DNA of 64,000 nt. It comes from the human T2T-CHM13v2.0 reference genome, Homo sapiens. The stretch lies in assembly GCF_009914755.1 (NCBI RefSeq), contig NC_060928.1; one strand, given 5' to 3'. Every line of letters begins with the position of its first letter. The stretch's first letter is position 1. The position numbers were made by a program, and so were the translations under genes. The notes below the pieces were generated by a model, which saw only the letters and a program-made list of their open reading frames with translations, had not been told where the DNA came from and did no database searches. Shown piece after piece: positions 57,111 through 64,000 of the stretch.

Positions 57111-58870
57111 TCGTTTCTCTGGACCTTCATAGTTTAAGAAGTAACTATTTGGAAATTCTGAAGACACATAATTTGCCTTTTCTGAACCTTAAAAAAAAAG
57201 GTACTTCTGTCACTTATAATTGTTTTAGCTCAGTAAGCTATTTTTTTTCAATGTGAATCTCTTTTGAGAGCTGAACATGTCCATTCTTAACCACATTTCA
57301 ATAACAGTTACTGTAGCTAAGGAGCTAAATAGTTTCATGGATTAATTTTTTTCAGAATAAATTTAAAATATCCATGATTCTGATAGTGGGCACATGACCA
57401 AAAGAAAAAAGTAAATCAATATATTTAGCCAATGGTACATTTACTTTGTTAGGAATGTAATTTATGTTCATTATAGAAAAGAATTAGAAGAAAATTTCAA
57501 GTAATAGAAGATAAGTACCTTCCCAAGTGAATAAATACTGCATGGAACCACTCAACACCTCTGAAGTTGGATATTTTAGTTTTGGATTTTAATATACAAG
57601 CTCTATTTTGAATATCCTTTAATATACATTTACATCTTTGCACTTTTACTTACTTACTCCCTTAGGTTATAGTCCTAGAAGTGAAAATGGGCCCTCAAAA
57701 GTATATACATACTTCTAAAACTTTGTAATATATTGCCTGTTTGCTTTCAAGAAAGACTGTGCCAATTTACACCTCTAAGAGCATACACATGTACCTGTTT
57801 AGTATATTTTTTAAGCCAGTGCTGTATATATAAAATGAAATAATGAAAGAGAAAAACAGGAAGATAAAGGCTGAACAATCACCAACTGGAGAGTTTGGGG
57901 ATGCTGGGTGTGAGAGCAGGGAATGGATGAAAATGGCTGGCTTTTCTGTCATTAAAATAGAAGTTGTTATTCTAGAAAAAATAATGCACTGAGGAACTGG
58001 TCTGTGAAATTAAACTTTTCATCCCAAAGCTTCCAAATCTTAGGGTCCAGGAACTATCTGGGTTTGCAAAAGCAATTTAGCTGAAATCTAGGCTTTAAGA
58101 AGCATCTTTTCCATATTCAAAACACACTGATAATGTTACTGAAGCTTATCCTATAGAGTGTGAAACTAGAATGTTCCTTAGAGATTATGTAACACACTTT
58201 TTTTTTAACAGATGAAACTATCAAGGCTTCAAAATATGTTAAACTGACTTAGCCAACCCCCATCTCCAAATGTAATGCTGGATGAGTATTTGCAACTATA
58301 TACTTCAATTCCCCTTTAAATCCTGCCATTTCAACCGCATAATTAAATCAATGTGTCAAAAGTGTCAAGTTTCTTCTAAAGTTAAGTTTAATGTGTATTA
58401 AATATCTTCCCATTGGGGAAAAAATCCATCTCCCCGCAAATGGCTTCATACTAGGTAGATTGCAAAGTATGCAAGATGCTTGCCTTTCTATCCACTGACC
58501 TTTAACTTGCAGTATTCTGCAAAAGAAATCAGGTGAGCTTGAAAAGTGTTACATAAAGTAAAATTATGTATATTGAAAAAACTAAAGATAAATTTCTTCT
58601 AATCATGGAACTGTTAATTGAAAGAATAATGTAGCTACCTCAAAATGTGCCCATTCTTTAGTTTTCACTGGAGATGACTGTAGTTTTGAAAAATAAAAGT
58701 AAATTATCTGAGTTGCTAGTCATTCAAGTATAATTTATGCTAATTTCGTAAAGTACTACTTAAATACCTATTTGCAATAGTCCTAAATATCCTTTGCCAG
58801 TAGCTCTTTTCTTTTTTAACCTTTCAGTTTGCCTGGGAGAGTTGAAACTAGCTGAAATCTTTGATCACTC

Positions 58871-59183
58871 ATTTATTTATTTATTTATTTTTTTTGAGAC
58901 GGAGTTTCACTCGTTGCCCAGGCTGCGGTGCAATGGCGCGATCTTGGCTCACTGCAACCTCCGCCTCCTGGGTTCAAGCGATGCTTCTGCCTCTCAGCCT
59001 CCCAAGTAACTGGGATTACAGGCATGCGCCACCACGCCTGGCTTATTTTATATTTTTAGTTAGAGACAGAGTTTCTCCATGTGGGTCAGGCTGGTCTCGA
59101 ACTCCTGACCTCAGGTGATCTGCCTGCCTCCACCTCCCAAAGTGCTGGGATTACGTTACAGGTGTGAGCCACCACACCCAGCC
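58871..59183 (-). mobile_element. Alu (AluS-like)
   Basis: (ATTT)n tail plus antisense dimer. Confidence 0.95.
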
Positions 59184-60429
59184 CTAATCACAATTTTAAC
59201 CAAATTTAGGTATTTTCAAAAATCTAATTCCCCTTTAAGACTACAAATTTTTACATTAGCTAAGACTATCCAGTTGTAAGTAGGCTATTTTCTGATCAGA
59301 AGACCAGCTGTATTTTGCATTATTTCAAAGCTTTCCCAAGGTCACAGTTCCTTTACTATTTTTACAGTATAGCAGGACCTATTAAAATAGGACAATGCAA
59401 ACAATTTTTTTGAGGACTTTCATTAAATTCAGTTCTATGTTCCCACTTGAAGGTTTCCTGTTCAACAGATTTTGCGCATAAATGGGCCTTTATAATAAAT
59501 TGCCAAGTGGTCATCGTAATGTACAGGAAACGACAAAGTTCAGCTTTGTTTTCATGAAATAAAGTTTGACTCTTAGTAGTTTATGTATGTTAAGTGAGGA
59601 CTGTTAGTCTGGTATCAGCTCTGGTAGGGAAAAAGGAGACTAGAAATATGAGGGAATTAGGTCCAGTCTGAGCACCATAACTCTACTCTTGTGCAGTTAA
59701 TTGATTAGTATGCTATCAGAACTGAGAATTCTGGGTTTTTTAAACAACGGAAACTGTTCCACAAGAACCAAAATCACAGTTTTGTTTGGGTCCAAGCTAG
59801 GCTTTGCCATAAACTCTGTCAAAGATTGCATGAATTGTTGATTCATAAGGAAGATGTAAGAGGAACAGGATACCATTTTGTCGATTTTAAAAGTAACTTT
59901 CTATGACTTAGACTTTCATATCACTTTGCCTTTGGTACAGGTGTATATGTTCATATAAATAACTTACAGGTGAAATGTACATCTAGCTGGTATAGGGCAC
60001 ATAGGAAGAAGAACCATAGCCATATACCTCTCACTACATCTTGAAGCTTTGATTATTGACATTCTACTAAAAGCAAACTCTGTAAAAACTTTTTTTTTTT
60101 CAAATGAGTGTAAAGCATTATAGAGTAGTGAGAGGAAAGGTAACTTTAATCTTGCCAGCCTTCCTGAAAAGTTTTTAAATTATGAAGCCTTAGAATAATA
60201 AAGTACTCAAGATAAATTATTTATATATGCTACTTTACTGTTATTCTCCTCCTAAATGATTTCTGATTCTATGTTAGGAAGCTTTTTATAAAAACTGCCT
60301 AAGGCTTTAGGCAGATAATTATTCTTTCCTTTGAGGAATATATACTTATTATGACTAGACATTCAGCTCTTAAGAAAAGCACGGGGTAGGCTGTCTTATT
60401 CACCCTGTATCCCCAACTCCTTGCATAGT

Positions 60430-60611
60430 TTTCTTTTTTGAGACAGAGTCTCACTCTGTTGCTCAGGCCCAGCTAAGTTTTGTGCGTTTAGTAGAGACAG
60501 GATTTCGCCATGTGTGTCAGGCTGGCCTCAGACTCCTTCAATATACGTAATTCCTCCCGCATCGGCTTCCCAAAATGCTGGGATTACAGGCGTGAGCCAC
60601 TGTGCCAGGCT
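60430..60611 (-). mobile_element. Alu with most of the right arm deleted
   Basis: ctctgttgctcaggcccagcta joins the two ends of the right arm; TSD tccttgcatagtt/tccttgtatagtt. Confidence 0.85.
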
Positions 60612-62155
60612 TCCTTGTATAGTTCTTAATTCAAAGGAGCCATGTATAAAAATTTGTTTTTTTGATCCAAAATTCAAATGCAGAAAAATATTCAGTGCTT
60701 GCACTGCAATTTCATTTGAATGAGTTACAAAGAGGCAGTACACTTATAACTTACTCTAAATTAATGTCAGGATGTTACCTAAGACAGTAGGATGTTTACA
60801 GAAGAGTGGCCAGTTTTTTAAATAGCCGTTCTTCTGTAATGGCCATTCTTTCTGTAGTAGAAAGAATGGCAGAATTAGAGAAATCACCATGTTGAAACCA
60901 TGACTGAAATAATTGATTTACACAGGGATGGCCAATGGATGCTAATATCATTAGGTGAGAGATTAATGGAAAACAGACTATTTCCATAATACCAAAGTAT
61001 TACCCTACAAATGGCTCAATTTGAAATGGGAAAAAGTACCATTAATAAGAAGAGATTTGTGCTTACAACCTAAATTGTGATCAAATTTAGAATCATGAAT
61101 AGTAATCATTGTGCCTTGGATATAATGAGATATAAATTATACAGTATCACGTATTTCTGCTGGAATTGTTCAATCTGCAGCTAATCAAGTATTTTACCTT
61201 AAATTCCAGTGTACAGAAGATACAGGGGGTTAAGGAACAATTTAAATGTTACCAAGAAGAATCAATTGGACAAATCCAGAATCTGAGACATTCTACAACA
61301 TAATTGGCTTGGTTTCTTCAAAAAGTCCATCACAAAAGAAAAAAAAAATTAGTAATACTGTTAGAAAACAAAAGATTTGAGATCATAATTCAAAAAAAGT
61401 AGCTATATAAGACATTTGAAGGAAAAACTGAGTCACTTGAGTGTGTATTTGACACTGCTAGGAACTTATGTTTTTTTAGGTATGATATTATATTGTGGTA
61501 ATATAGGGGAACAGCTTTATTAGGAATGCATGCCTAAACTACTTAAAGCCAAAGTGGCATGATGTATGCAGTTTACCTTTAAATGGCTCAGCAAAAATAC
61601 ATACATTCATATGTATTCACATATATGGAGAGAAAGCTGGAAGAGAAAAAGGAGAGAAAGATGTCAAAGTAAATATGGCAAAATGTTAGCAATTGTTGAA
61701 ATAAGTGGGTGGATATGTGGGGTTCCATAGTACTAGTCTTTTTCTTTTTAAAAATGTTTTTCATAATAACATTAAAAAAAAAAAAGGATATTTGGTCCAG
61801 AAAGGCAGCAGGACCCACTAAATCTTTCCTCTTGCACCAGGGTTGCAATCAGAGGCTTTTTTTTGTATAGAGAGTGACACCACTTGCTCTACTCCTACAG
61901 ATACTACAATTTCTCCTCTAGCATGGGAGATAAATTGATTTGTATTTGGAAACAGAAATTCAAGTAAGCATAAAGTTGAGCAGTTTGTCAATAAAGAGTA
62001 CAGGACAAGTGAAGAGGCAAAAATAGTTTAGGATATGACTATGTAAAAAGATTCCATATAGGAAAACATGCATTCACTAAACTGGACCTTTTTCTCTTGT
62101 TTTTTCTCCTCGGCTCATTTCCAAATTGAAGCTTTTCGAAAAAATTGCTATATTT

Positions 62156-62303
62156 ACTACAGGTATGTGCCACCATGCCCAACTAATTTTTGTATTTTTT
62201 GTAGAGACAGGTTTCGCCATGTTGCCCAGGCTGGGCTCAAGTGATCCTCTCGCCTCAGCCTCCCAAAGTGCTGGATTACAGGTATGAGCCACTGTTCCCG
62301 GCC
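62156..62303 (-). mobile_element. Partial Alu
   Basis: actacaggtatgtgccaccatgcc...ctcccaaagtgctggattacagg. Confidence 0.88.
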
Positions 62304-64000
62304 CCAAATTGATGCTTTCTAAATAGCTATTTGAAAGTTCAAGGGAAGTTAAATTCAAAAACAAAACACTAACTTTCTTTTAGCCTAATAATGATGGTTT
62401 TTTCTGTCTCAATTTTTTTGCCCTCTTGTAAATTAGCATATACTACTATTCTGTACTACTATAGATTTTTTTAAATGAAGCTGCTTAGAGCTTTATTTAC
62501 TATAACAACTTGAGACCGCTTAAAAATAAGTATTTATACACTGGTAATTTTTAATAATGGTTATTTCCAATCCAAAAATATATTTTGTGAGATGGCCACG
62601 TTTTCCCTAATTCACACTTCTAAAATTAATAAAATTGCTTAACTCTTTAAAGCATTCCTCAAATAAGTAAAGGATATTTATTTATATTGTTCTCAAATTC
62701 TCTTTTTCCAATTCCCCACCCCATCTCAGATAAGAACAAAGAAAATACTATGGATTAAAATTTTCTGACTAGTTTATATCAATAACAGAAGTAGCAAAAA
62801 GGCCAGGCAATGTTTGGAGAATTGAGTTTTAACCATGGCAATGGTTACTATATAATCACTAGTACTATCAAGTGAGTTAGAAAAAAAAAATGTAAGTTTA
62901 AACAGTCATGAGTATTTGCTGAATGACTGGTCAGCTTGCCTGTGTTGACTTTCATTCGCCGCCTGATTCCACTAACACCTTGAAGAGGGTCAGATGATTC
63001 CTGAAGTGGGCACTAACAATTTCTTTTTTCTCAAAATTTTGTTTCTCTGAAAAGGTTCACCATATTTTCTCTGTGAAGCTTAGTTAATATTTTTCTCCAA
63101 TGAAGCCAGCCATAAAATGAGGAAAAAAATTCGTTAGAAATAGCAAATGAACAGCCATGTCTAATGACAAAATTTTGTGTGTGTCTATAAGAGACCTTGC
63201 CTAAACTCACAAGGGAAAGGCAAGTATTAAAGCTTCATAGTAGGCTGTGGCCCTAACTTGCCCCTTTGTTCTTTTAAAAAATATATAATGACATACTAAG
63301 AGGCTATTGTGCTGTCTTCAAGTTTTCAAGCTTTTGGAGTCACTATTTATGCTTATGACTAGAGCAATGAAAACAAGTCTTTTTTCCCCAAACACAAGTA
63401 GCTTCAGTCCAAGCCACTCCAGACTTCCTTGCCAGTGACCTCAACACTGACCTTGATTTATTCTAGGAAGAACTCTGCCTGTTTAGTTCTTTTAGCTCAT
63501 TTTTATGTGAATTCCCATTCACTAGTAGTGAACTAACTTCAACAATTTCATTTCTAGTCTGCTGACTTTTCATTATTATGGTTTTGTTTTTCCTTACAGT
63601 AGCCTCTTTGGAATCCTGTACACCTAGCTTATGGAAACGTGTTAGCCCAAGCCATGGCAGAGCCAGGTAATTGTCTTATCAAGGCCATACTTAGTCTTGT
63701 TTAAAAGCAGGCATCCCCATCTCTTTGGCGTAGCCCTAAAAGAAGTGGAGGATCAAAGCCACATGCTTCAATTCTCAGTCCTCTTTGCCTGATCACTTTA
63801 TCAAATTTCTGAAGAAAGAACTCAATCCATCCCTCTTCTTCCCAAACTGTGTCAAAGCTGGAGTTGTTTTTCAGTCCAACACTGAGCCACGTTGCTCTGG
63901 GTGGAGCATCAGCATGTCTTCTGAAAGGTTTCACTTAATTGGCCTGTATAAGTCTACATTTCTTGGTTCACCTAAAATCTTATGATACCTGGCTGTTCCC

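Noticed and set aside
57600-64000. Possible downstream gene or exons (for example ORFs 63701..63934 and 63785..63985)
   Set aside because: No recognisable protein similarity, splice-consistent exon chain or CpG island; the region is mostly old L1, Alu and AT-rich sequence.

Overview
Human (primate) genomic DNA, AT-rich and repeat-dense. It carries the 3' part of ARFIP1 (arfaptin-1, AH/BAR-domain protein) on the + strand. Seven coding exons (8800-8908, 15947-16042, 17646-17758, 26162-26383, 27922-28079, 33332-33506, 55262-55417) have GT-AG boundaries and consistent phases and splice into one open frame ending ...APSWLEEQ*. A 3' UTR follows to about 57110, then intergenic sequence; the start-codon exon lies upstream of the window. 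Introns hold an old L1 5' end, a near full-length antisense SVA, a complete THE1A (MaLR) provirus, MER21 and MLT1/MST LTRs, MER2/MER5/MADE1 DNA elements, L1/L2/MIR remnants and about 20 Alus. Most ORF-track entries are repeat-derived noise. I see no new gene or multi-gene system. The most interesting unexplained structure: (i) a 216-bp local segment copied into the MER21 LTR with TCA at both junctions, and a 23-bp piece of that LTR found again 7 kb away; (ii) complementary decay of the two THE1A LTRs; (iii) a phase-0, 555-nt three-exon block bracketed by inverted Alus (candidate stop-less circRNA); (iv) a possible 29-bp SVA 5' transduction; (v) several perfect intronic hairpins. Gene and repeat-family names come from my recall of consensus sequences, not from a database search.
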